In this document: positions 28,472 through 37,570 of the stretch, in pieces
Layout: every line of letters starts with the position of its first letter
Position numbering within the stretch: the first letter of the stretch is position 1
Program-made: the position numbers and the translations under genes
The notes under the pieces: model-generated
The model's database searches: none
Told to the model about the DNA's origin: nothing
Seen by the model: the letters and a program-made list of their open reading frames with translations, nothing else
IMG/VR virus record: IMGVR_UViG_3300020207_000019
Length of the DNA stretch: 64,000 nt
Source of the DNA: an uncultured virus (IMG/VR IMGVR_UViG_3300020207_000019)
Taxonomy: Duplodnaviria; Heunggongvirae; Uroviricota; Caudoviricetes
Reading direction: 5' to 3' (one strand)

Positions 28472-30684
28472 CCTATTGGCCTCTTTGCTCTAAATGAAAT
28501 TAAATCAATACCTCGTCTTTTTAATTCGCCTTGTTTTTGTGCTGATAGTGATTCTGTTCCAGCATCAGCAGTATAAGATTCAAATGGTTTTTTCTTAGCT
28601 TTGTTAGATTGTGTATTTGGTCTAACTAAATTTTCACCAGAAGCTGCCATTGAAATACCCACTTCTGTTCCTTTGTCAATTGATTCTGATATTTTACCTT
28701 TACCAAAGTTAGAAACATTAACTGGTTTTCCACCTTTACCTTTTCTGTCAGCAACAGGATCATGTTTGCGTTTAACTTTAACAGCATTGGCTCTTTCTTT
28801 AGGTGTTAATAAAGAACGCTTTTTATTGCTCATACATTTTGGTTTGGGTTCGCCAGGTTCTCTTGCACAATCACCTTTGACATTACCTTTTGAATCAATT
28901 CTTTTCCAACCACCATCTGGATGATTTGGATTAAACCAATTTCTTAAATCTTCGTTTAATTTGTATTCTCTTCTAAAAGTTAATAATGTTCTTGCATCTG
29001 GTTCTGATAAAGCATAATGTTCTTCAACTTCTTCCTGTTCTTCTTCATCCGCTTTGAGTTTCTTAATCATTTTAGAAACTTCATCAGCATTATCACCGGT
29101 AATTGTAACCGATACTTGCTCGTTTAAGAATTCCTCAAACTGCTCATTAACTTTTTTCTCCATCTTAGGTTCAATTTCATTTTTTACAACTTGAACTAAA
29201 GTATCACCAACAACACGGTGTGTCACCGCACCATCTTTACCATATCGACCAAAGCCGTAGTATTCTAAACCAAGTCGTCCAGCTTCTTCTTTTGCTTTTG
29301 AGTTTGGATGAGCTTCTTGTCCAGTATCAGGCATTTGTTTAAGTGAAGCTGTTTTATCTTTTGCTTGTAGTTCTTTTGCAATCCATTTTTGTGAGCGTGG
29401 TGATTGTGGTTGTTCTTCAACAAACTTACTCACATAATCAAATATTTGATTCATCTCATCTTTTTTCTGTTTGACCACATCAGGACCAGCTTTTCTTAAG
29501 TCTTCCGAATTATCAAACTCCATGTATTTGTCACCAAACAATTCTGCAAATACTGGTCTAGCCTTTTGAACTCCATCCCATTTTTGTTTTCTGATATCTT
29601 CTGGAATAGTTCGGCCACCATTTTGACCTCGTTCTACATTTCGTTGTTTAGATACTTCATCAGCCGTATTCACCATAATCATAGCTGAATCATAACCTAA
29701 TTGGTCAAGAGCGCCTTTAATTCTTCTAATCTTATCAAGGTCTTCGCCTGTACCATTGATGATTAAACCATTTCTACCCATCAATGCAAGTTTTTGTTTT
29801 AACTCTGTTATGTTTTTTGCACGACCACGAACAAAGTTTCTTTTTTCTGTTTCACTAGGATCTGGATTTAACATCACTTTAGATATTTTATTTTTATCTA
29901 AAAGATATTCAAATGCTTTGTCTGAATTGATTTCTGTTAAACCATGGCCTTGTAGTGTGTTTGCTAAAACATAATCTTTACCTGAGCCAGGACCACCTGC
30001 CAAAAATACAGCTTTAAATATTCCTTTATCATGAACTCCTTCAGATAGAAGTTCTTCAAACTCAAAATTAATATCAATGTCTTCTTTAATGTTCATACCT
30101 TTTCTCAAGTCATGAAAAAGTTCTTTTGCATGGTGTTCAGGCACATGGCGTGGAACACCTTTTTTAAATTCATTAAAATTACCTTTAGCTGCATGAGAAC
30201 GCAATTTAGAACCAGACATACCTGAAATACCAGGTGCATCGGGGTCTCTTTGTCCGGCAGAATGAACCCGAATACCTTTGAAATTAAACAATGCGCCTTT
30301 GTGGGTGCCGTTGTATTTGTTTAATAACTTATGATATTCACCTGTTCTATCTGAACCTGCAACCATATGTAAGTGTGTCACACCACTTTTATGTAACTTT
30401 TCTGCTTGTTTTAAAAAGTTTGGGTGACTGCTAGATGATGTTGTTATATTTGTATGTGGAAAAAATCGTCTAGCGTGTTTAACTTTTTGTTTTGCTGAGA
30501 GAGGATTTTGTTTAGGGTCGTTAGAATGTGATAGAACGACATGATGACTAGCATTATGTTGTTTTGCTACACTTTTAACTTTATTGACTAGAGCCTCATG
30601 ACCTGTTGTTGGTGGTTGTAACCTACCAAAAGCCATTACGGCATGGCGCTCTGGCGCCTCTTGTATATAATCTCTAAATTTCAT
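28468..30684 (-). CDS. multidomain nucleotidyltransferase (cytidyltransferase-like) + P-loop kinase (zeta-toxin/PNK-like)
   Basis: FGRLQPPTTGH and VAGSDR motifs; AVFLAGGPGSGKD Walker A; N-terminus MKFRDYIQE. Confidence 0.75.
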   Translation of the reverse strand: MKFRDYIQEAPERHAVMAFGRLQPPTTGHEALVNKVKSVAKQHNASHHVVLSHSNDPKQNPLSAKQKVKHARRFFPHTNITTSSSSHPNFLKQAEKLHKSGVTHLHMVAGSDRTGEYHKLLNKYNGTHKGALFNFKGIRVHSAGQRDPDAPGISGMSGSKLRSHAAKGNFNEFKKGVPRHVPEHHAKELFHDLRKGMNIKEDIDINFEFEELLSEGVHDKGIFKAVFLAGGPGSGKDYVLANTLQGHGLTEINSDKAFEYLLDKNKISKVMLNPDPSETEKRNFVRGRAKNITELKQKLALMGRNGLIINGTGEDLDKIRRIKGALDQLGYDSAMIMVNTADEVSKQRNVERGQNGGRTIPEDIRKQKWDGVQKARPVFAELFGDKYMEFDNSEDLRKAGPDVVKQKKDEMNQIFDYVSKFVEEQPQSPRSQKWIAKELQAKDKTASLKQMPDTGQEAHPNSKAKEEAGRLGLEYYGFGRYGKDGAVTHRVVGDTLVQVVKNEIEPKMEKKVNEQFEEFLNEQVSVTITGDNADEVSKMIKKLKADEEEQEEVEEHYALSEPDARTLLTFRREYKLNEDLRNWFNPNHPDGGWKRIDSKGNVKGDCAREPGEPKPKCMSNKKRSLLTPKERANAVKVKRKHDPVADRKGKGGKPVNVSNFGKGKISESIDKGTEVGISMAASGENLVRPNTQSNKAKKKPFESYTADAGTESLSAQKQGELKRRGIDLISFRAKRPIG

Positions 30685-30719
30685 TCCCGCCTCTACAGCA
30701 GTTTATTAATATTTACTTC

Positions 30720-30727
30720 TATTTATA
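30720..30727 (-). promoter_or_regulatory. T4-type late promoter TATAAATA
   Basis: Exact consensus about 35 nt upstream of the 30684 start. Confidence 0.75.
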
Positions 30728-30731
30728 ATAT

Positions 30732-31298
30732 TTAAGATTTTACTTTATGTAACCAAGAGACACCATACATTTCAAAATCTGTTCCGAATCTTTCATCAAC
30801 GGCACGATATACACCATATTGGCCTCGAACATAATCATGACCACCAATATAACCGCCAATTTTAACTTTCGGAAACCAAGTCTGAATATCATCTCTAATA
30901 GATTCATATTCATGGTTAGCATCAATATAGACAAAGTCTAAGCTTCTGTCTTCATATAATTTAGCTGCTTCAAGACTTGCTGATTTAATTGGATTATAAT
31001 ATCCTTCAGCTGGTTTCATGTTCTCTAAAAATACATCATATGCAGTATCATTAACCATATCCTCTCTATGGTCCCATCCACCTTCTTGGTGTTCTGGACT
31101 ACCACGCCAGGTATCAATCACATCAAACTTAATATTTTTTCCACTGTTTGCTATTTCAACCGCCATGTAAGCGGCACTTCTACCATAATAGGCTCCAACT
31201 TCAATAAAATGTGATTCTGTTGGATGAATATTCACCATTTTGCTATATAAATTTTGAAAGTCAAACCATCCATGAATTGTTGTATAAAAATGTTCCAT
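30732..31298 (-). CDS. class I SAM methyltransferase (Methyltransf_24-like)
   Basis: IEVGAYYGRS, VYIDANHEY and GGHDY. Confidence 0.85.
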   Translation of the reverse strand: MEHFYTTIHGWFDFQNLYSKMVNIHPTESHFIEVGAYYGRSAAYMAVEIANSGKNIKFDVIDTWRGSPEHQEGGWDHREDMVNDTAYDVFLENMKPAEGYYNPIKSASLEAAKLYEDRSLDFVYIDANHEYESIRDDIQTWFPKVKIGGYIGGHDYVRGQYGVYRAVDERFGTDFEMYGVSWLHKVKS

Positions 31299-31307
31299 TT
31301 TTTCCTT

Positions 31308-31946
31308 TTATTCTGCAACTATGAACGCATTTCCATGAGGATGGTCATGTGTCCAATTTTCTTTAAGGTGACCAAATTCATAATCAAAATATTTGATTTT
31401 AAATCCAGCTTCTACGATAGTTGTCAACCACCATTCTTCTGGTTCTCTGACAACATGAGTTACATCCATTTCATATTCACGAATACGATATCTTTTACCA
31501 TCACCAAGTGGAACAGCAACAAATAAGTTTTTACATCTTCGCCTAAACCCAGCTAATACGGATGGAATATTTTCTTTTGGAATATGTTCTAATACATCTT
31601 TTGCAATAATTAAATCCCAACCACCTTGAATGTCTTCAACATTGTCTATTTTTTTTAAATATTGTTTAATTTTTTCATGGCCATTTGTAACAGCATATTC
31701 TGATACATCAACACCGTGTGCATCTTTTCCCAATAATCTCATGGCATAAACCATAAAACCTTTTGCACAACCAAAATCTAATACATTATCAAATTCAATA
31801 TTATTTATTATCGAAGAAGCTTCTCGTATGGTTCTTTCTGGCATCCATCGATAGTTCTCATAAGCACTTACACGATTACGAACACCGTCCTCAAAATATT
31901 TTTCATCAAAGACTTTTTTAATATCTTCAGCATTTTCAAATTTCAT
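31308..31946 (-). CDS. class I SAM methyltransferase
   Basis: VLDFGCAKG, GVDVS and DVLEHI. Confidence 0.85.
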   Translation of the reverse strand: MKFENAEDIKKVFDEKYFEDGVRNRVSAYENYRWMPERTIREASSIINNIEFDNVLDFGCAKGFMVYAMRLLGKDAHGVDVSEYAVTNGHEKIKQYLKKIDNVEDIQGGWDLIIAKDVLEHIPKENIPSVLAGFRRRCKNLFVAVPLGDGKRYRIREYEMDVTHVVREPEEWWLTTIVEAGFKIKYFDYEFGHLKENWTHDHPHGNAFIVAE

Positions 31947-31949
31947 AAT

Positions 31950-32594
31950 TTATTCCTCAAATTCATAACCAAATATTTCACAATCAAGCTTACACTTTTC
32001 AATTAATTCATTTTTATATTCTTTTGGAATAATCTCACTATAATGTCTTTCATCTTTTTTTGGATTTTTGTTTTCAAAATATAATTTAAATCTAGGAGAA
32101 AGTTTTTCTTTTAATGTTTTTTCCATAAACTGTAAATCTTCAAATCTAAAAACATCATCAACAAGAAGATTTTGACCGTCATATAAAAATGTATGTTGTT
32201 CATGAAAGTGAATCCATTTTCGTGAATTGTCATGATATTGTTCTAACAATAATTTCCATGTTATTGTATCATTAGGTTTTATTTTTTGAAGGAAATAATA
32301 TTCACTAACAAACCTATCAAAAGGATTTCTAACAATAGAAAATTTATATTTAGCTTCTGTAAACTCTTTTAAATGACTTTCAATAGCAAATTTTGATTTC
32401 ATATGTTGACATAAATCACCTAATCCTTCAACATAACCAAATAAAAAATTTCTTGATTCATACTGTGAATATTTATTTGTAAAAATTAAATCTTTATTTG
32501 GAAATCCATTAGCGTCCCATAACCATTTTTCAACAGAAGAACCAGCTGTCTTTGGTACATGAACAAAAAATGTATTGTGAACAGGCGAGTACAC
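31950..32594 (-). CDS. sulfotransferase family 2 protein
   Basis: HVPKTAGSS (PAPS 5'-PSB loop) and VRNPFDRFVSEY. Confidence 0.85.
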   Translation of the reverse strand: MYSPVHNTFFVHVPKTAGSSVEKWLWDANGFPNKDLIFTNKYSQYESRNFLFGYVEGLGDLCQHMKSKFAIESHLKEFTEAKYKFSIVRNPFDRFVSEYYFLQKIKPNDTITWKLLLEQYHDNSRKWIHFHEQHTFLYDGQNLLVDDVFRFEDLQFMEKTLKEKLSPRFKLYFENKNPKKDERHYSEIIPKEYKNELIEKCKLDCEIFGYEFEE

Positions 32595-33730
32595 TAAGCA
32601 AAATCATTATGTTTAGTTGGCATCAATACATCATCAATCAATTCGTTTTGATAAGCATACTTACAGAATGAACAATCATGGTGTCTTCTAAATTCATCTG
32701 CACCACCTACTTGTGAATTATAAAAATCTGTAATGCCTTCAATATCACACAATTTAAATTCATCATTAACTGCATAATTATTTTCTGGTGCTAACTCAGC
32801 AGATGGACAAACATATACATTACCATCTGTAAAGACACAAGGCTTAACTGTGTGCATATAACAGTGATTGTTTCGTCTTTCGCCCTTAAAATTAAAATCA
32901 GATAAGAAAGCGTATTGTAATTTACCATGTTCCGCTTCATGTTTAGCAATTAAACCTTTAATGGTTTCAATGTCTTGAGCCACAATTTTGGTGTCTTTGA
33001 TGGCATTGAAAGCAATACGACATGGTATTTTATGGTCTTCAACCCACTTCAACATCTTCATAAAGTTTTCTTCTTTATATTCGTTGGTTGCAAGTTTCTT
33101 CGCATGGTCATCTAACCATTCGCCTGTGATATTTGGATTCGTGGAGGTGTCTGTGGCACCGTCCCACACATATGCGGCTGTGATTTCTATATCTAAACCA
33201 TCAAACACATCAAGGTGATATTCATAGGGTTTCTTTTCATCAAATGAATACATTCCTAAACGAACCCATGACATCATGTGCCAATTCTTAATCTTTCTTA
33301 ATTTAGAACCATTGGTACAGATACCCATTTTGAAACCTTTATTGTAGGCATATTCAATGACTTCATCAAGTTTTGGATGTAATGTTGGTTCGCCACCACC
33401 CGTAAATTCCATGCCTCTCACGCCTAGGTCCCAAAATTGGTCAATCGCTGATTTCATTTGTTCAACAGTAAGCATCTCTTTCATGGCACGATTGGCAAAA
33501 CAGCAGAATGAACAAGTTAGATTACAAGGATTACATGGTGACATATGAAACATCACAGGTCTTGGTCTTTTACCTTCTTGTAATTCAATCAATCTGTCCA
33601 TGTGTTTCAGTAACTTAGCATGATTACTTGAGAAACTACGGCCTTTAATTTGATTATCAACTACATAATCTTTCTTTGTTTCTTTACTCAATGAACCTAG
33701 AGCGGTTTTTAGTTTAATAACTTCTGCCAT
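32594..33730 (-). CDS. radical SAM enzyme with C-terminal SPASM/twitch-like Cys motif
   Basis: CNLTCSFC, TGGGEPT, TNG, and C..DGNVYVC...CSFC. Confidence 0.9.
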   Translation of the reverse strand: MAEVIKLKTALGSLSKETKKDYVVDNQIKGRSFSSNHAKLLKHMDRLIELQEGKRPRPVMFHMSPCNPCNLTCSFCCFANRAMKEMLTVEQMKSAIDQFWDLGVRGMEFTGGGEPTLHPKLDEVIEYAYNKGFKMGICTNGSKLRKIKNWHMMSWVRLGMYSFDEKKPYEYHLDVFDGLDIEITAAYVWDGATDTSTNPNITGEWLDDHAKKLATNEYKEENFMKMLKWVEDHKIPCRIAFNAIKDTKIVAQDIETIKGLIAKHEAEHGKLQYAFLSDFNFKGERRNNHCYMHTVKPCVFTDGNVYVCPSAELAPENNYAVNDEFKLCDIEGITDFYNSQVGGADEFRRHHDCSFCKYAYQNELIDDVLMPTKHNDFA

Positions 33731-33732
33731 AA

Positions 33733-34473
33733 TTATACCTTTATTGTAGTTTCATATAATTTATATTCTGCTTGAAATGGTCCAGTTTCTTCATCATAAA
33801 CCTCTTTCATGTATTTCGGATATATGTTTTGAAAAATATCTGCCATTTCTTTATTTGCTTCGCTAACATCATAATATGTTTGTTTGCCAGGATGATACAT
33901 TGAAACTTCATGTATCACGCCACATTTTTCTTTTGTGATTGATGAAAATATCCAATCAAAACCATATCCACTTTTTACCTCATGATACTCAAAAAACTTT
34001 AATAGTTTAGGTATCAATGATGAATGAAAGAAAACACCCATGCCTTCATTGAAATTTGTAAGTGAATATTTACAGGTTTGGTCTTGATGTAAAATACCAT
34101 GACTTGAATCAGAACCAGCGATTGTAGATAACTGCCATATTTTTATATCATTTTCTTTTGCAATTTCTAAACCACGATTGACACTTTCTATATCAGTAAC
34201 AAGGTCATCGTCCCAAAAACCTATGTAATCATAATCACGATAATCATAAGTTTCCATAAAATGTCTAGCCATATCCCATTTAAAACCTTTATCTTTTATA
34301 AGGATATCATAAGTACCATCTTCTATGTGGTAATCATTAAAATTATAAACAACGGTCTGATAGTTTCTGGTGACTTTTGTATATCGCCAATGATTGTCTT
34401 TATCATAGGCATCATGAAAGTTTAGTGGTATTCCAACCGGCACAAAAATAATATTATTCATATTTTTTCTCAA
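33733..34473 (-). CDS. glycosyltransferase-like protein (DUF707-like)
   Basis: YDYIGFWDDD (DxD), KGFKW and SGYGFDW. Confidence 0.65.
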   Translation of the reverse strand: MRKNMNNIIFVPVGIPLNFHDAYDKDNHWRYTKVTRNYQTVVYNFNDYHIEDGTYDILIKDKGFKWDMARHFMETYDYRDYDYIGFWDDDLVTDIESVNRGLEIAKENDIKIWQLSTIAGSDSSHGILHQDQTCKYSLTNFNEGMGVFFHSSLIPKLLKFFEYHEVKSGYGFDWIFSSITKEKCGVIHEVSMYHPGKQTYYDVSEANKEMADIFQNIYPKYMKEVYDEETGPFQAEYKLYETTIKV

Positions 34474-35320
34474 TCATTTCTTTCCACTCAGGCACACGGT
34501 CATATTGATGTACCAATGCAAATGGTGTTCCAGTTGATGTGCAAACCATACCATCTTTCATTATTGGACTTGGTTCAACAACCTTATCTCCATATTGGTC
34601 TTTAATTTGTGGTCCTGTTGTTCCTAACTGTGCAGCCCAACCGTCTTCTGATTTTGCAAAGTTTGTAATGTCTTTGTATGATTTCATATTAAGTAAAACA
34701 TTTAATGCGGCTTGGTCTGGTCCGCCACCACCTTCAATAAGGTGTTGTGTGCCATTACAAAGCATATAGATGTTCAAAAAGAAATCAACCATTGTATCAA
34801 ATTTACCAGAGATAGTACCTGCATTATAGATGAGATTGTCATTACATTCTTCATGTATCAATGCACCAAAAGATTTCATTAAGTTGTTGGTGCCCCAATT
34901 CTCATCTTTGTATTTTATAGATTCACATGCAACATTGATTTCTTTATCACCAATGTTTTTTTCTAACCATTCTGATGGATTGGTCTGAAAGATAACATCT
35001 TTGACATCGGTTGTAATGATGTATCTATATTGTCCTTTAAATCGTTTGAGTAGGTACCAGAGATGTAGAAATCTTTCCACAACAATTGAAAAGTTTTCTT
35101 TGGGATATTTGAGTGTTTTGTTTTCTTCGTCTTTACCAAAAGCAAGAATTGAATAGTTTCTTTTAATCAATTCATCAACCGTATCATAGTCAACATTATA
35201 ACATATCATTGCTTTTGTGCCGGTAAAACCAGATTGGTCTAATGAATTGACCCAAGGTTTTATTTTATCAAAATCATAACCAGTAATAGTACCAACCACA
35301 ATATCATTAAGTAAAATCAT
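34454..35320 (-). CDS. GT-A fold glycosyltransferase-like protein
   Basis: TDVKDVIFQTNP, NAGTI, DQAALN and VHQYDR. Confidence 0.7.
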   Translation of the reverse strand: MILLNDIVVGTITGYDFDKIKPWVNSLDQSGFTGTKAMICYNVDYDTVDELIKRNYSILAFGKDEENKTLKYPKENFSIVVERFLHLWYLLKRFKGQYRYIITTDVKDVIFQTNPSEWLEKNIGDKEINVACESIKYKDENWGTNNLMKSFGALIHEECNDNLIYNAGTISGKFDTMVDFFLNIYMLCNGTQHLIEGGGGPDQAALNVLLNMKSYKDITNFAKSEDGWAAQLGTTGPQIKDQYGDKVVEPSPIMKDGMVCTSTGTPFALVHQYDRVPEWKEMIEKKYE

Positions 35321-35329
35321 AATAAAATC

Positions 35330-36049
35330 CTATACTTTTTTTTCTTTTTTCTTTTTTGGCCTTGAATAGGGTGTATCGTCTAAATATTTATTCAGTAATT
35401 CTGATGTGCCCCATTCACCAGCACCATGTTCTTCTTTAATTGTTTTTACTGAACCATCATCTTTAGCATAAAATGCTTGAAACTCAACTTTTGGAAAATA
35501 TCTTTTTAAACTTAAAAACTTTTTAAGGTTCTCAACACTATCATCAAATAATCTAACACGACCAAATTGTCCTGTTTTTAAATAATTATAAATGATGATT
35601 GCTTTTTGTTGTGCTGTTCCTGATACATCAGCGAGGCGACCAGCTCGTTCAACTCTAACTCGTTCAATTGGAAAACCATGTTGTTTAAATGTATCTAAAA
35701 ATACTTGTTTGTTGTCCATGTTATTTCGTGCAGTCACAACAATTACTTTACTTTTTGGTTTTCTCATGGCATTTTGAAGAATAGCTTTGGCTTTTGCCAT
35801 CATTCTTCTGATTGGTCTCGATTCTTTCTGAAACTTTAACGCATCTTTAAATTCAGAGAAGTCAAAGCTCTCACCATTTTTCAAGCGATAGTTATTGTAT
35901 TCACCCGTTTTGAGTTCTTTGACCTTTTTACCACCCTTAACAACATTAACTCTTGCTGTTGTTTTGAAGAGAGTATCATCAATGTCAAAAATGGTTAGAC
36001 CACCTTTGTCATCTTTTCCTTCGGTCAAAAATTCACCAAATGTTTCCAT
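35330..36049 (-). CDS. HAD phosphatase with capsid-targeting-like N-terminus
   Basis: FDIDDTL, VTAR and LFDD motifs; N-terminus METFGEFLTE. Confidence 0.75.
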   Translation of the reverse strand: METFGEFLTEGKDDKGGLTIFDIDDTLFKTTARVNVVKGGKKVKELKTGEYNNYRLKNGESFDFSEFKDALKFQKESRPIRRMMAKAKAILQNAMRKPKSKVIVVTARNNMDNKQVFLDTFKQHGFPIERVRVERAGRLADVSGTAQQKAIIIYNYLKTGQFGRVRLFDDSVENLKKFLSLKRYFPKVEFQAFYAKDDGSVKTIKEEHGAGEWGTSELLNKYLDDTPYSRPKKKKEKKV

Positions 36050-36340
36050 TTAACCTCGTGTAATTTGTAATATTTTTTGTATTTGTGCTTCAACAGCCGC
36101 AGTTCTATTTGGCCAATAAATGTATTCTTTATCAGCTGTCTTAAGTAATTTGGTGAAGAAAGGTAAAACAAGTTTCTCAAGTTGTTGCATTTTTTGAGAA
36201 GTGATTGCTGTATCTTCTGCTTTTACTTCTTCAACAATTTTTGTGTTGTATTCTGCTTCCGATACGGTAGAAAAATCGGTTGAGAAACCAAAATCATCTG
36301 TACCATATTGAGCTATAATTTGATTTAAATCGTATGCCAT
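36050..36340 (-). CDS. conserved hypothetical protein
   Basis: DDFGFS and KEYIYWPNR. Confidence 0.65.
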   Translation of the reverse strand: MAYDLNQIIAQYGTDDFGFSTDFSTVSEAEYNTKIVEEVKAEDTAITSQKMQQLEKLVLPFFTKLLKTADKEYIYWPNRTAAVEAQIQKILQITRG

Positions 36341-37570
36341 TTATTTACTCCAGTTTTTAGCTGCATTGAAATTAGCCTGACTAAACTCTAGTCTATCAAC
36401 CAACTTCACTGCGTTTCCTTTTAAATGATCCACTGCAACAAATCCTTCTGGTGCAGTTATTCTATATCCAGAATCCGTTTTGATGAATGTTCTTGCAACT
36501 TGTTCTACTTGTTGTAACTTACGAACTATCATCATTTTAGCCTCAATCAAACCATTCTGAATATCAAACATCTTTTTGAGTTCAATTGCATATGTTCGGA
36601 AAAAACGCATAATCTCCGTCTTCTCTGCTTGACGGTTGCGTTTTGTTTCTTCTCGTTTTGCGTCCAAAATATTATCATTCATTTGTTTTTCAACATCAAG
36701 TATAAGTTCTCTTGTATGTGAAATAGTATCTCTAATTGGTTCGCCTTCTCTTACTTTTTTATTATTAAATGTTTTAATAAAGTTTCTTATCTTATCATTA
36801 TTTGCAACACGATTCATTGCTAATGGATTAGTTTTCTTAAATAATGAACCAACATCTGATAATACTCTTGTAATATTTTTTGTTTCTTGTAATGTAAATG
36901 TTGCTGTACCTGAAGCATCAGTATAGTCTGCATCACGGAACCAAACATCTCTTGTTGTTGCTAAATTCTTAATGTCAATGTTGAAACTGGCTTTCATATC
37001 TTCCATTTTTTGACCTGTGTAAGAAGTATGAAAGACAATTCCAACTTGAGCGGCCTGCATATTACTTGCTAACTTTGAATCAGCTGGTACGGCATAGGTG
37101 ATTGTGTTTGGTGTAAATGTAACCATTTTCTCACCATCAATAACTTCTGATTTAATATCACCTTTACTAAACATCATATCGCCTTGTAGAATACCTTTGA
37201 TACCAAGTTTTGGTAGATATCTCAATGCTAGTTTTAATTTCTTATTTAAACCTGGATTTGGATGATTCTTATCAACATCTTGTGGTGTGTAATTAAGTTT
37301 GGCGTTTTTAGCAAATACACCTTTTGTTCCAACAAAGAACTTGCCATTTTCTGGATTAATACCTGCAAACACAGCAGGCGCACCGTCCCATTTTGTTGTA
37401 ACATTGATATGAGAAATAGAATTACCTGCTAACATATCTCTTAAAGATTGTAAAAAGTTAATAGCATCTCTGGCGCCTGTGACACCACGGTTTAATACTT
37501 CATCTTCCAAATGTTCTAAATGAACATTCTTTGATAAGTTAGCTTCTGTTAAGTAATCTGAAAATTTCAT
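36341..37570 (-). CDS. ligase-like (covalent nucleotidyltransferase superfamily) protein with capsid-targeting-like N-terminus
   Basis: TTKWDGAP (KxDG), LQGDMMF and PEGFV..D...VKLV; N-terminus MKFSDYLTE. Confidence 0.55.
   Translation of the reverse strand: MKFSDYLTEANLSKNVHLEHLEDEVLNRGVTGARDAINFLQSLRDMLAGNSISHINVTTKWDGAPAVFAGINPENGKFFVGTKGVFAKNAKLNYTPQDVDKNHPNPGLNKKLKLALRYLPKLGIKGILQGDMMFSKGDIKSEVIDGEKMVTFTPNTITYAVPADSKLASNMQAAQVGIVFHTSYTGQKMEDMKASFNIDIKNLATTRDVWFRDADYTDASGTATFTLQETKNITRVLSDVGSLFKKTNPLAMNRVANNDKIRNFIKTFNNKKVREGEPIRDTISHTRELILDVEKQMNDNILDAKREETKRNRQAEKTEIMRFFRTYAIELKKMFDIQNGLIEAKMMIVRKLQQVEQVARTFIKTDSGYRITAPEGFVAVDHLKGNAVKLVDRLEFSQANFNAAKNWSK

Noticed and set aside
32594..33730. 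Radical SAM gene as pqqE partner of the phage pqqA
   Set aside because: It lies 13 kb away inside a glyco-tailoring cluster, there is no pqqD/B/C, and I cannot see PqqE-specific similarity.
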